Shown here: in pieces, positions 34,104-42,202 of the stretch
How the letters are laid out: every line of letters begins with the position of its first letter
Numbering within the stretch: the stretch's first letter is position 1
Assembly (NCBI GenBank): GCA_043820455.1
Contig: JBDRDU010000066.1
Coordinates: 1 to 45,513 of the forward strand
Length of the DNA: 45,513 nt
Direction: 5' to 3'
From: a bacterium
GTDB lineage: Bacteria; Margulisbacteria; WOR-1; CAVSGV01
Notes under the pieces: model-generated
Seen by the model: only the letters and a program-made list of their open reading frames with translations
Database searches by the model: none
Told to the model about the DNA's origin: nothing
Position numbers and translations under genes: made by a program

Positions 34104-34441
34104 TGAGGACAATGCTTAAGTCAAAACTCCACAGGTTGACCGTTACCGACACGAACATTAATTATGAAGGAAGCATAACCATAGATAAAAACTTGATCAA
34201 AGTTTCTGATATTTTGCCGGGAGAACGTGTGCAAGTCGTGAATTTGAATAACGGCGAAAGATTTGAAACTTATGTTATCGAAGGCGGAAAAGGGGTTGTA
34301 TGTTTGAACGGCGCTGCCGCGCGCCTCGCGGCCTCTGGTGATAAAGTGATCGTGATCGCATATGCGACGGTTGACGAGAGCGAAGCCAAGAAAATGAAGC
34401 CGAAGATCGTTCTGGTCAATGAAAGGAATAAAATGAAATGA
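34100..34441 (+). CDS. panD: Aspartate 1-decarboxylase (pyruvoyl-dependent) PanD.
   Basis: [29 protein letters not shown], with the Gly-Ser self-cleavage site, Lys9/His11 equivalents, ...FETYVI... and NGAAARL. It is colinear with E. coli PanD. It has ATGA overlaps with flgA upstream and flgH downstream. Confidence 0.9.
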   Translation: MMRTMLKSKLHRLTVTDTNINYEGSITIDKNLIKVSDILPGERVQVVNLNNGERFETYVIEGGKGVVCLNGAAARLAASGDKVIVIAYATVDESEAKKMKPKIVLVNERNKMK

Positions 34442-35034
34442 AAAAAATGAGAGTATTGTTCGCGATATTAATAGCAACTTCTCTTTTGACCGGTACTTTT
34501 TCCATTGCCTTTGCCGATTCTATCTGGGGCCGTACAAGCACTTCGCCGTATTCGGTCAGCAAATCTTTTAGAGTGGGGGATATAATAACGATCATCGTTC
34601 TTGAGACAACGTCGGCGGTCCAGAAGGCAGGGACGGACACGAATGCGAGCGACAGTTTGAGCCTTGCTTTCAGCTCCAATCTTTCATCCTTTTATCATTC
34701 CGGCAAGGCAATAACCGGTTCGGGCGGGAATGTTTATAAAGGGCTTGGCTCCACCACCAGAACAAGCAATGTGACAGCAAAGATAGCCGCAGTGGTCGTA
34801 AGGGTGCTGCCCAATGGGAACTTGATGGTTTCCGGAGACCACAGGGTCGAAGTAAATGATGAGATCCAGGTATTAAAAATATCCGGAATGGTGCGTCCAA
34901 AGGACGTGAGCCTGCAGAACACCGTTTATTCCTATCAAGTCGCAGGAGCGGATGTTTCAGTTAAAGGGAAAGGAGTTGTTGGAGAAGCGGAAAGCCCTGG
35001 CGCTATCACTCGCTTCTTAAACTGGATATTCTAA
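34438..35034 (+). CDS. flgH: Flagellar L-ring protein FlgH (no lipobox cysteine).
   Basis: [24 protein letters not shown]..., ...[33 protein letters not shown]... and a C-terminal ...[11 protein letters not shown]. Confidence 0.9.
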   Translation: MKKMRVLFAILIATSLLTGTFSIAFADSIWGRTSTSPYSVSKSFRVGDIITIIVLETTSAVQKAGTDTNASDSLSLAFSSNLSSFYHSGKAITGSGGNVYKGLGSTTRTSNVTAKIAAVVVRVLPNGNLMVSGDHRVEVNDEIQVLKISGMVRPKDVSLQNTVYSYQVAGADVSVKGKGVVGEAESPGAITRFLNWIF

Positions 35035-35035
35035 G

Positions 35036-36082
35036 ATGAAAAATTCAAAACTCAAAAAGCAAAGGTCAAAAGTACAAGGTAAAATTCAAAAGTTTTTATT
35101 TTTGACCTGTACTTTTTCCTTTTTCCTTTTGACTTTTACTTTTGTCTTTGCAGCGTCGCCTTCTGTCAGGGTAAAAGATATAGCTCATCTTCTTGAAGCC
35201 AGGGACAATCAACTCATGGGCTTTGGGCTTGTTGCAGGGTTAAAAAATACCGGAGATTCGGTCCAGACGGAATTCACGAAACAGGCGCTGACAAATCTGC
35301 TTTCAAGGATGGGGATAGCTCCCGGTGAAAAAGAATTTAAATCGAGAAATGTAGCTGCGGTCATGGTGACGGCAAAACTCCCGCCCTTTGTGCAAATCGG
35401 ACAAAAGATCGATGTTACGGTCTCTTCTCTCGGGGATGCCACAAGCCTTCAAGGCGGGACACTTCTTATGACGCCTCTTCAGGGGGCTGATGATAATGTG
35501 TATGCCGTTGCACAAGGCACGATTATGCTCGGCTTTTCCGGCGTGGAAAGGGCCCAGGTTCCCACCGCCGAAAAAAAACAGACCAATGCCGGCAGAATAG
35601 TTAACGGTGCGATCGTGGAGCGGGAAGTCCCCGTTTCTATCGACGAAAATTTCGTTTCAATAGTGATCGACAAGCCCGATTATACGACCGCCTCGCGTAT
35701 CGCCATTGCAATGAAGCAGATAGGGATACGTGCGAGAGCGAGGGACGCCGCCACCGTGATAGCTTCAAAGGAAGTTTATCAGGATATGGTGGAATTCATT
35801 GCTGTCCTTGAAAATTTGACGATAGTACCCGATGCGGTCGCGCGCATCGTGATAAACGAGCAAACGGGAGTTATAATCATGGGAGAGAACGTCAAGATCG
35901 CGCCTGTTGCCATATCGTATGGGGATATGAACGTGACCGTTCTATCCGCGACACCCGAAGCCACGATCTACGATCTTGTTTCAGCCTTGAATGCGGCTGG
36001 CGTGAAGCCAAAAGACCTAGTATCTCTTCTTCATGCGATCAAATCGTCCGGGGCCATTTCGGCCGATATAGAGGTGTTGTGA
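35036..36082 (+). CDS. flgI: Flagellar P-ring protein FlgI.
   Basis: The mature N-terminus VRVKDIAHLLEARDNQLMGFGLVAGLKNTGDS and ...LQGGTLLMTPLQGADDNVYAVAQG are canonical FlgI blocks. Confidence 0.9.
   Translation: MKNSKLKKQRSKVQGKIQKFLFLTCTFSFFLLTFTFVFAASPSVRVKDIAHLLEARDNQLMGFGLVAGLKNTGDSVQTEFTKQALTNLLSRMGIAPGEKEFKSRNVAAVMVTAKLPPFVQIGQKIDVTVSSLGDATSLQGGTLLMTPLQGADDNVYAVAQGTIMLGFSGVERAQVPTAEKKQTNAGRIVNGAIVEREVPVSIDENFVSIVIDKPDYTTASRIAIAMKQIGIRARARDAATVIASKEVYQDMVEFIAVLENLTIVPDAVARIVINEQTGVIIMGENVKIAPVAISYGDMNVTVLSATPEATIYDLVSALNAAGVKPKDLVSLLHAIKSSGAISADIEVL
35039..35148 (+). repeat. Hairpin-forming module with an A-rich arm and a T-rich arm, covering the flgI signal-peptide codons.
   Basis: AAAAGTACA(A)GGT at 35068..35080 pairs with ACCTGTACTTTT at 35105..35116, giving 12 bp with one bulge. 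A/T pairs extend into the loop. The A-arm contains AAATTCAAAACTCAAAAA, which resembles the repeat at 15143..15171. Confidence 0.55.
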
Positions 36083-36372
36083 TGGACCCTTATATAACGG
36101 GGATCAATCCTTTACAGTCCATTGGTCCTCAGGCCAATGTGAGCAAGGTTAAAACAAGGGCCGATGCAGAACGTGAATTCGCGTCGATGTTCATAGCTCA
36201 GATATTAAAAGAAACGTTCAAAAGCCAGAGCTCCATGTTCGGGAAGGATAAGTCCATCGGCATGTTCTCTGATAATTTGTATAATGATATCCTTATAGCC
36301 AAGATCTCCAGTGAGATCGCGCAGAACAAATCCTTTGGTTTTGATAAACTTATGGCGGGCAGCAAATTATAA
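36079..36372 (+). CDS. Rod-binding protein (FlgJ N-terminal domain only, no muramidase domain).
   Basis: 97-aa product. AEREFASMFIAQILKETFKS matches the rod-binding domain core. It lies directly after flgI. Confidence 0.7.
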   Translation: MMDPYITGINPLQSIGPQANVSKVKTRADAEREFASMFIAQILKETFKSQSSMFGKDKSIGMFSDNLYNDILIAKISSEIAQNKSFGFDKLMAGSKL

Positions 36373-37109
36373 TGGCAATTAAAAAGAGAACGGCGCGGCA
36401 GGAAGCGCGCAATGAAGAAGAGAGGCCGATCAAAATGGCCGAAATGTACATGCCCCTTGTGCATTCGATCGCTTCGATCGTTTCCAGCAAAGGCCTTCCA
36501 CCCAGCATAGATTATAACGACCTGGTCGCTGATGGGACAGTAGGGCTGATGAAGGCATGGAAAAGTTTTGACCCGAGCCGCGGGGTAAAATTCGAGACAT
36601 ATTCTTCATATAGGATCAGGGGGGAGATATTGGACGGGCTGAAGAATTACAACCCCGTGCCGTACAGGGTGCAGGTAATGATAAGGGATGTCGCGAAAAA
36701 AGGGTATGCGGCATTGACCGGAAAAAAGGAGCTGGAAGAAGAGGAGAGTTACGAAAAAAAAGAAATATCCGAGGATGAGTTCAAGAAAGCCATAACAAAG
36801 ATCAGGAAAATAGTCTCCGCTTCAGCCCTGATGTATTTGATGTCGCTCGAATCAGCCCAGGAATCAGGTGTTGAGATCAATGTATCCACTGAAAAGACGC
36901 CGGTAGAGGAATTGGAATTCGCGGAGCTGAGGGAGCGGCTTAAGAAGTCTTTAAATGAGCTTCCGGGGATCGACCAACAGGTCATCGATCTTTTCTTTAA
37001 CCGTGACATGAACCAGAAGGACATCGCTTCAAAAATGAAGCTGTCAAGAAGCAAAGTGAACAGGATCATAGGAAAAGCGATCGTGTTCTTAAGAGGAAAG
37101 TTGAAATAA
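36372..37109 (+). CDS. fliA: Flagellar sigma factor, FliA/WhiG (sigma-28) family.
   Basis: Region 2 (DLVADGTVGLMKAWKSFDPSRGVKFETYSSYRIRGEILD) and region 4 HTH (DQQVIDLFFNRDMNQKDIASKMKLSRSKVNRIIGKAI). It is about 245 aa and lacks region 1. It is embedded in flagellar genes. Confidence 0.8.
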   Translation: MAIKKRTARQEARNEEERPIKMAEMYMPLVHSIASIVSSKGLPPSIDYNDLVADGTVGLMKAWKSFDPSRGVKFETYSSYRIRGEILDGLKNYNPVPYRVQVMIRDVAKKGYAALTGKKELEEEESYEKKEISEDEFKKAITKIRKIVSASALMYLMSLESAQESGVEINVSTEKTPVEELEFAELRERLKKSLNELPGIDQQVIDLFFNRDMNQKDIASKMKLSRSKVNRIIGKAIVFLRGKLK

Positions 37110-37112
37110 ATC

Positions 37113-37436
37113 ATGGTAGGCGAAGAAATAAGGCCGATTATGCCGCTTGAAATATATGACAGCACGTATGTAGGGCTGGAGAGAGCCATTGAGGGAACAG
37201 CGAAGAAACAGGCTGTTATCGCGCAGAACATAGCCAATATCAACAATCCCGATTATAAAGCTCTTGAATTTGATGAAGCCTTGAATAAGGCCGTGAAAAG
37301 GACCAATAGCAAGGTGACACTTGAGGAGGAAATGGATGCTCTTTCGAAGAACGCGCAGAGACATTCGGCTTATTTAAAGCTTCTTGCGTCAAAGATAAAC
37401 ATTATGCATACGGTGATAACCCAGGGGAGGAAATGA
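37113..37436 (+). CDS. flgB: Flagellar proximal rod protein FlgB.
   Basis: QAVIAQNIANINNPDYK rod motif. About 107 aa, located upstream of flgC-fliE. Confidence 0.8.
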   Translation: MVGEEIRPIMPLEIYDSTYVGLERAIEGTAKKQAVIAQNIANINNPDYKALEFDEALNKAVKRTNSKVTLEEEMDALSKNAQRHSAYLKLLASKINIMHTVITQGRK

Positions 37437-37441
37437 TCTAA

Positions 37442-37870
37442 ATGGGACTTGATCAGGCGTTAGATATAAGCGTATCGGCAATAACCGCGAACAGGACTCA
37501 TATGGAGATCATTTCGAGCAATCTTGCGAACATTAATACGACAAGGACGCTGCAGGGCGGGCCTTACAGAAGAAAGATCCCTGTTTTTCACGAAAAGCCG
37601 CTTGAATTTTCAGAGGCTTTGAACGCTGCAGAAAGGAATATGTCCGGCGGGATAGAGGTTGGCGAAATAGTCGAGGATCCGGCTCCATTCCAAAAGGTTT
37701 TCAATCCCGGACATCCTGATGCGGACAGCGAAGGGTTTGTTTCGCTCCCGAACGTATCCATGGCGAAAGAAATGGTTGACATGGTCTATGTATCCAAGGT
37801 TTATGAAGCGAATATAACTGCGTATAACGCAACGAAGAAAATGGAGCAGGAGATACTGCAGATACAATAA
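37442..37870 (+). CDS. flgC: Flagellar proximal rod protein FlgC.
   Basis: MEIISSNLANINTTRT at the N-terminus and LPNVSMAKEMVDMVYVSKVYEANI at the C-terminus. Confidence 0.9.
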   Translation: MGLDQALDISVSAITANRTHMEIISSNLANINTTRTLQGGPYRRKIPVFHEKPLEFSEALNAAERNMSGGIEVGEIVEDPAPFQKVFNPGHPDADSEGFVSLPNVSMAKEMVDMVYVSKVYEANITAYNATKKMEQEILQIQ

Positions 37871-37888
37871 AAAAGGAGGCGAACAATT

Positions 37889-38209
37889 GTGGTTAATTTT
37901 CCGATCAGCCCCATATCTTTAGCGCAGGTTGCAGGTTCTGCTGCTATGCCGTCGGCATCGCCAACCGGGCCTGTCCAGACAGAAAGTATTTTTGATAAAG
38001 TGCTCGGACGCGCAGTTGACGCTTTAAACAATGTTTCCGAAACGGAAATGAACGCGAATAAGCTTATCGATGACTATATGGCCGGGAAAGTGGAGCTTTC
38101 CGATGTCATGCTTGCGACCTCAAGGATGACGGTCGCTGTTCAGCTTGCTGTTACGACCATAACTTCAGCTGTAAGCACTTTTAAAGAAATAACACAGATG
38201 CCCATATAG
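37889..38209 (+). CDS. fliE: Flagellar hook-basal body complex protein FliE.
   Basis: GTG start with a GGAGG Shine-Dalgarno sequence. ...ELSDVMLATSRMTVAVQLAVTTITSAVSTFKEI matches the FliE C-terminal helix. Confidence 0.8.
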   Translation: MVNFPISPISLAQVAGSAAMPSASPTGPVQTESIFDKVLGRAVDALNNVSETEMNANKLIDDYMAGKVELSDVMLATSRMTVAVQLAVTTITSAVSTFKEITQMPI

Positions 38210-38250
38210 TGATTGATTAGCTGTAAGCACAGATAAGAGGGGAGAGTAAA

Positions 38251-39633
38251 ATGGCGGAAGGCGTATCGCCCGTTCCAGAGGGGGGACAGAGCGGCAGGCA
38301 GATAATAATAATCGCAACTGTTGTCACAGTTGTTTTTTTTACTTTCTTCATTATGGGGTTAAGGTCCTGTTCCACGTTGACTGAACAGGGAACAGCGAAG
38401 AGCAAACCTTCGTCCCATGTGGTCATTTATTCCAATATGAGCTTGAAGGATTCAGCTCTTGTGATAGCAAGGCTTAAAGAACTGAAGATCCAGTATCAAA
38501 TAAAGGATGAAGGCCGCTCCATTGCTGTTGCCAGGGGCCAGGCGGATGAAGCCCGGCTCGGGCTTGCGGAAAAAAATCTTCCATCAGGCGGATCTGTCGG
38601 ATGGGAAATATTCGATCAGTCCAGACTCGGGGCCACCGACTTTGACAGGAGAATTCAGTTCATCCGCGCGATATCCGGCGAACTTTCAAGGACAATAAAC
38701 AGGATCGGTGCCATTGAAGATGCAAGGGTCCAGATCGTAATACCGGAGACCAAACTGTTCGAGGTCTCAAAAGCTCCTGTCACCGCTTCGGTCCTTATAA
38801 AAATGAAACCCGGGGAAACCTTGATCCCCAAGCAGGTGAACGGCATCATGTATCTTGTTGCAGGGAGCGTTGAGAATTTAAAGCCGGAAAATATAACCAT
38901 AATTGATACAAATGGGAATATTTGGGGCGGAGGAGAATATGCTCTTGCTGCGCCAAGGGAAGTAACGTCCACGCCTAAAGCCGAGATGAGGCCGGAAGTT
39001 GTCATAGAGAAGGAAGAAGAAAAAAATGCCCTGGAGGTCCAGGCAAAGCTGGACCTTGAAAATGCGCTGACAAGCAGGGTCCAATCGCTGCTTAATAAGT
39101 TATATCCTCCAAACATCACGATCGCCAGGGTTAATATTGATTCGATGAAAACAAGAAAAACCACGATCATAATTCTGGTGGATAAAACCTATAAAATAAC
39201 CCAGGACTTGAAGAAATCCACATTTGAAACAATTTCAGCTGCGGCAGGTTATGACAAGACCAGGGGAGACAAAATAATCATGAAAAGTGTTCCTTTTCGT
39301 TCAGCAGGGACTGTCCCGATCCCTGCTGTGACAAGGAAAGGAACTTCGGCGGCGATCACTTTGTCTGCCCTTAAAGCGATATATCGAAAATACGGCAAAG
39401 AATCTGCCATTGCGATTATCGTGCTATTTTTACTTGTTTTATTCTTGATTTTCAGGTTGTTCAGAAAAGGGAAAAAAGAAGATTTAGCGGAAGCGCCTCG
39501 CGAAGAAGAAGCTGCCATGGAAGCAGAGGAAGACAGGGTCCCGATAGTTGACCACATGAAAGATCTAGCGTCGCAAAACCCTGAATTTGCGGCGGAACTC
39601 ATTAGATCGTGGGTGGAGCAGGAGGAAGCTTAG
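38251..39633 (+). CDS. fliF: Flagellar M-ring protein FliF (short, 460 aa).
   Basis: N-terminal TM helix, RBM1/RBM2-like blocks (...LGLAEKNLPSGGSVGWEIFD..., ARVQIVIPE...ASVLIKM...), a short RBM3, a second TM helix (AIAIIVLFLLVLFLIF) and a FliG-binding tail (DLASQNPEFAAELIRSWV). Confidence 0.85.
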   Translation: MAEGVSPVPEGGQSGRQIIIIATVVTVVFFTFFIMGLRSCSTLTEQGTAKSKPSSHVVIYSNMSLKDSALVIARLKELKIQYQIKDEGRSIAVARGQADEARLGLAEKNLPSGGSVGWEIFDQSRLGATDFDRRIQFIRAISGELSRTINRIGAIEDARVQIVIPETKLFEVSKAPVTASVLIKMKPGETLIPKQVNGIMYLVAGSVENLKPENITIIDTNGNIWGGGEYALAAPREVTSTPKAEMRPEVVIEKEEEKNALEVQAKLDLENALTSRVQSLLNKLYPPNITIARVNIDSMKTRKTTIIILVDKTYKITQDLKKSTFETISAAAGYDKTRGDKIIMKSVPFRSAGTVPIPAVTRKGTSAAITLSALKAIYRKYGKESAIAIIVLFLLVLFLIFRLFRKGKKEDLAEAPREEEAAMEAEEDRVPIVDHMKDLASQNPEFAAELIRSWVEQEEA

Positions 39634-40145
39634 TGTTAAAAGGTTACGAGAGAGCAGCAGCGGTCCTATCGCTTTTGGGAGATGAGCTTTCCCAGAAGAT
39701 ATTAGGTTATCTTCCTGAAGATACCGCCGTTTCAATAATATCCGCATCTGAAAGATTAAAGACTCCCACGAAGGATGTACTGTTGGATGTAGTTTCAGAA
39801 TTCAATGATCATATGGTGAATGCTCAGAAAGCGTCTGTGGAGAGCGCGGAAGAAGAAATAAAAACTGATGCCGAAACTGCGGTTTCGATCCACTCGGGAT
39901 CGCCACTTGACGTTATTTCAGAGGCTTCCGCGCAGTCTTTGGCAAAAGCGCTTGAAGCGGAGAGGCCGGAAATAACCGCATATGTCCTTTCACATCTTCC
40001 GGTGGAAAAAATATATGAAACTTTGAACCTTTTTAAAGAGAACAGGGAGCTGGTGGAAGCAAGGCTTCTGTCCATAAAGGATGTTCCGATCGCGAAGGAA
40101 CTAGAAGAAAAATTATTGAAAACCATCTCTGAGAGGCTTGCTTAA
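39633..40145 (+). CDS. fliG: Flagellar motor switch protein FliG, N-terminal and middle domains only (about 170 aa).
   Basis: The GTG at 39633 has a GGAGGA Shine-Dalgarno sequence 7 nt upstream. The alternative GTG is at 39609. ERAAAVLSLLGDELSQKILGYLPED is FliG_N. LEAERPEITAYVLSHLPVEKIYETLN corresponds to the EHPQ(T/R)IA block of FliG_M. The ORF stops at TAA, which overlaps the fliH ATG. Confidence 0.8.
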   Translation: MLKGYERAAAVLSLLGDELSQKILGYLPEDTAVSIISASERLKTPTKDVLLDVVSEFNDHMVNAQKASVESAEEEIKTDAETAVSIHSGSPLDVISEASAQSLAKALEAERPEITAYVLSHLPVEKIYETLNLFKENRELVEARLLSIKDVPIAKELEEKLLKTISERLA

Positions 40146-40855
40146 TGGGCCTAATAAAAAAAGGACACTTGGTCGATAAAGGTGTTCTTTACCTGGAAGA
40201 GTATGCTGTGCAGGCTGAGACTGAAAACATCTCCCCAGCGGAACTCCCCGAGATAGAATTGCCGGAAACATTGGGAGTGGAAGAACCGGGACTTGAAAAG
40301 GAAAAGCTCGTTGATCATGCAAAAAACGAAGCGGAGCAGATAGTAAAAAAGGCAATGGAGGAAGCGGAACGTGTCAGGGAACATGCAAAGGAGTCTGGGT
40401 TGGAAGATGCGAAGAGGATCGCGGAGGAGTCCGCATCAGACAAGGTGAAAGAAGCGCTCCAGACCCTGAATCAGGCAGTGATCGAGAGAAAAAAGATCAT
40501 AAAGGATGCGGAAGGGGAGATCCTTCGTCTCGCCTTAAAGGTCGCTGAACAGATAATCAAGTCGGAAGTGTCCCTGCACAGGGACGTATCGTTGAATATT
40601 GTGTCTGATGCGATAAACAGGGTGAGCGACAGGGAACAGGTGATAATAAAGGTGAACAGGGAAGATATAGAGAACATAAAAAAACATAAAGACAGGATCA
40701 GCAGCATTGTCGATGGGATAAAAAGCCTTTCGATCGTGGAGGACAGCGGAGTGGAGTCGGGGGGATGTGTGATTGAAACAAATCTCGGTTATGTTGATGC
40801 CAGGATATCTACAAAGATCGCCGCTATAGAAGAAGCCTTTCGAAAGGCAAAATAA
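40145..40855 (+). CDS. fliH: Flagellar export ATPase regulator FliH.
   Basis: Coiled-coil region rich in E/K/A, then ILRLALKVAEQIIKSEV and a C-terminal ...GGCVIETNLGYVDARISTKI. It lies between fliG and fliI. Confidence 0.85.
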   Translation: MGLIKKGHLVDKGVLYLEEYAVQAETENISPAELPEIELPETLGVEEPGLEKEKLVDHAKNEAEQIVKKAMEEAERVREHAKESGLEDAKRIAEESASDKVKEALQTLNQAVIERKKIIKDAEGEILRLALKVAEQIIKSEVSLHRDVSLNIVSDAINRVSDREQVIIKVNREDIENIKKHKDRISSIVDGIKSLSIVEDSGVESGGCVIETNLGYVDARISTKIAAIEEAFRKAK

Positions 40856-42169
40856 ATGGTCGACATAGACTTTGAAAAATACCACAAAGCAGCAGAACAT
40901 GCTGACCTCGTAAAAGTCATCGGAAAGGTCATCCAAGTAGTAGGGCTTATCATTGAAGCGCAAGTTCAGGGAGTTTCCATGGGGGACCTTTGCACATTAA
41001 AACTCGGCAAAGGAGATGTTGAATCATATGCTGAGGTGGTGGGATTCAGGGAGGGCAGAGTCATGCTGATGCCCTTGGGCACAACTTCGGGAATTTCCCC
41101 CGGAAGCCAAGTGGTTGCGGCCGGACATCCTCTTAAAGTAAAAGTGGGACCGAAGCTTCTTGGAAGGGTCCTTGGCGGGTTGGGAGAGCCGATAGACGAC
41201 AAAGGCCCGATCGAATATGAGTCTGAGGCTTTCCTTGATGCTGAGCCGCCGGATCCCGTGAAAAGACCTAGGGTGACCGAGGTTTTGATGGCGGGAATAC
41301 GGGCGATAGACGGGCTGCTTACCTGTGGCAGAGGGCAGCGTATGGGCATTTTTGCGGGCTCAGGGGTCGGAAAAAGCACCCTTATGGGCATGATAGCAAG
41401 GAATGCCGATGCGGATGTTAACGTGATCTCGCTTATAGGGGAACGTGGAAGGGAAGTCCGTGATTTTATCGAAGAGTCTCTGGGGGAAGAGGGATTAAAA
41501 AAATCAGTTGTGATCGTTGCCACATCCGACCAGCCTCCATTAATAAGATTAAAAGGAGCTTTTGTCGGTACCGCCATAGCGGAATATTTCAGGAATAAGG
41601 GGCTCAAGGTCATTTTAATGATGGACTCCGTTACAAGATTCGCGATGGCGCAAAGGGAAATAGGGCTTGCAACGGGAGAGCCTCCGACGACAAGAGGTTA
41701 TACCCCCTCAGTATTTGCGATCCTACCGAAATTGATGGAGAGGTCGGGTACGGCAGAAGTCGGCACAATAACGGCTTTCTATACGATACTTGTCGAAGGT
41801 GATGATTTCAATGAGCCGATCGCTGACCAGTCGAGGTCGATCCTGGATGGGCATATAATCCTCTCCCGGGACCTTGCCGCAAAGAACCATTATCCTGCGA
41901 TCAATGTCCCGCAATCTGTGAGCAGGCTCATGGTGAACCTGGTCTCTGACGAGCACAAAGAAGCAGCGGCAAAATTAAGGGAGGTCCTTGCAAGGCATTC
42001 AGAAGCGGAGGACCTGATAAATATCGGTGCCTATGTTAAGGGGAGCAATCCGAAGATAGATTATGCGATAAGCAAGATCGATGAGGTGAATGAATTCCTG
42101 AAGCAAGGGACATTTGATCAATGCGATTACGAAGAGACCGTTGAAAGACTGCTCAGCATATTTTATTGA
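40856..42169 (+). CDS. fliI: Flagellum-specific ATP synthase FliI.
   Basis: Walker A GSGVGKST, Walker B VILMMDSVTR, and F1/T3SS ATPase family blocks throughout. Confidence 0.95.
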   Translation: MVDIDFEKYHKAAEHADLVKVIGKVIQVVGLIIEAQVQGVSMGDLCTLKLGKGDVESYAEVVGFREGRVMLMPLGTTSGISPGSQVVAAGHPLKVKVGPKLLGRVLGGLGEPIDDKGPIEYESEAFLDAEPPDPVKRPRVTEVLMAGIRAIDGLLTCGRGQRMGIFAGSGVGKSTLMGMIARNADADVNVISLIGERGREVRDFIEESLGEEGLKKSVVIVATSDQPPLIRLKGAFVGTAIAEYFRNKGLKVILMMDSVTRFAMAQREIGLATGEPPTTRGYTPSVFAILPKLMERSGTAEVGTITAFYTILVEGDDFNEPIADQSRSILDGHIILSRDLAAKNHYPAINVPQSVSRLMVNLVSDEHKEAAAKLREVLARHSEAEDLINIGAYVKGSNPKIDYAISKIDEVNEFLKQGTFDQCDYEETVERLLSIFY

Positions 42170-42202
42170 TCCTGAGCTTGTCGAAGGATAAGGGAGCAAA
42201 AA

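Noticed and set aside
30978-34112. Long minus-strand ORFs opposite flagellar genes: 30978..31580 (200 aa), 31758..32339 (193 aa) and 33543..34112 (189 aa).
   Set aside because: Each lies antisense to a plus-strand gene with clear family motifs (fliK-like/flhB-like, flgF, flgA). The translations have no recognisable domains.
37080-37145. A sigma-28-type promoter (TAAA-N15-GCCGATAA) near GGCCGATTA at the flgB start.
   Set aside because: The spacing from the nearest TAAA is about 22 nt rather than 15. The GCCGAT-like sequence lies inside the flgB coding region.
40100-40860. The possibility that the short FliG is a frameshifted pseudogene whose C-terminal half continues in another frame.
   Set aside because: The downstream sequence is fully occupied by an intact FliH with a normal N-terminus that starts at the overlapping TAATG. 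No FliG_C-like peptide appears in the ORF track for the other plus frames. A sequencing error at the junction cannot be excluded without reads.
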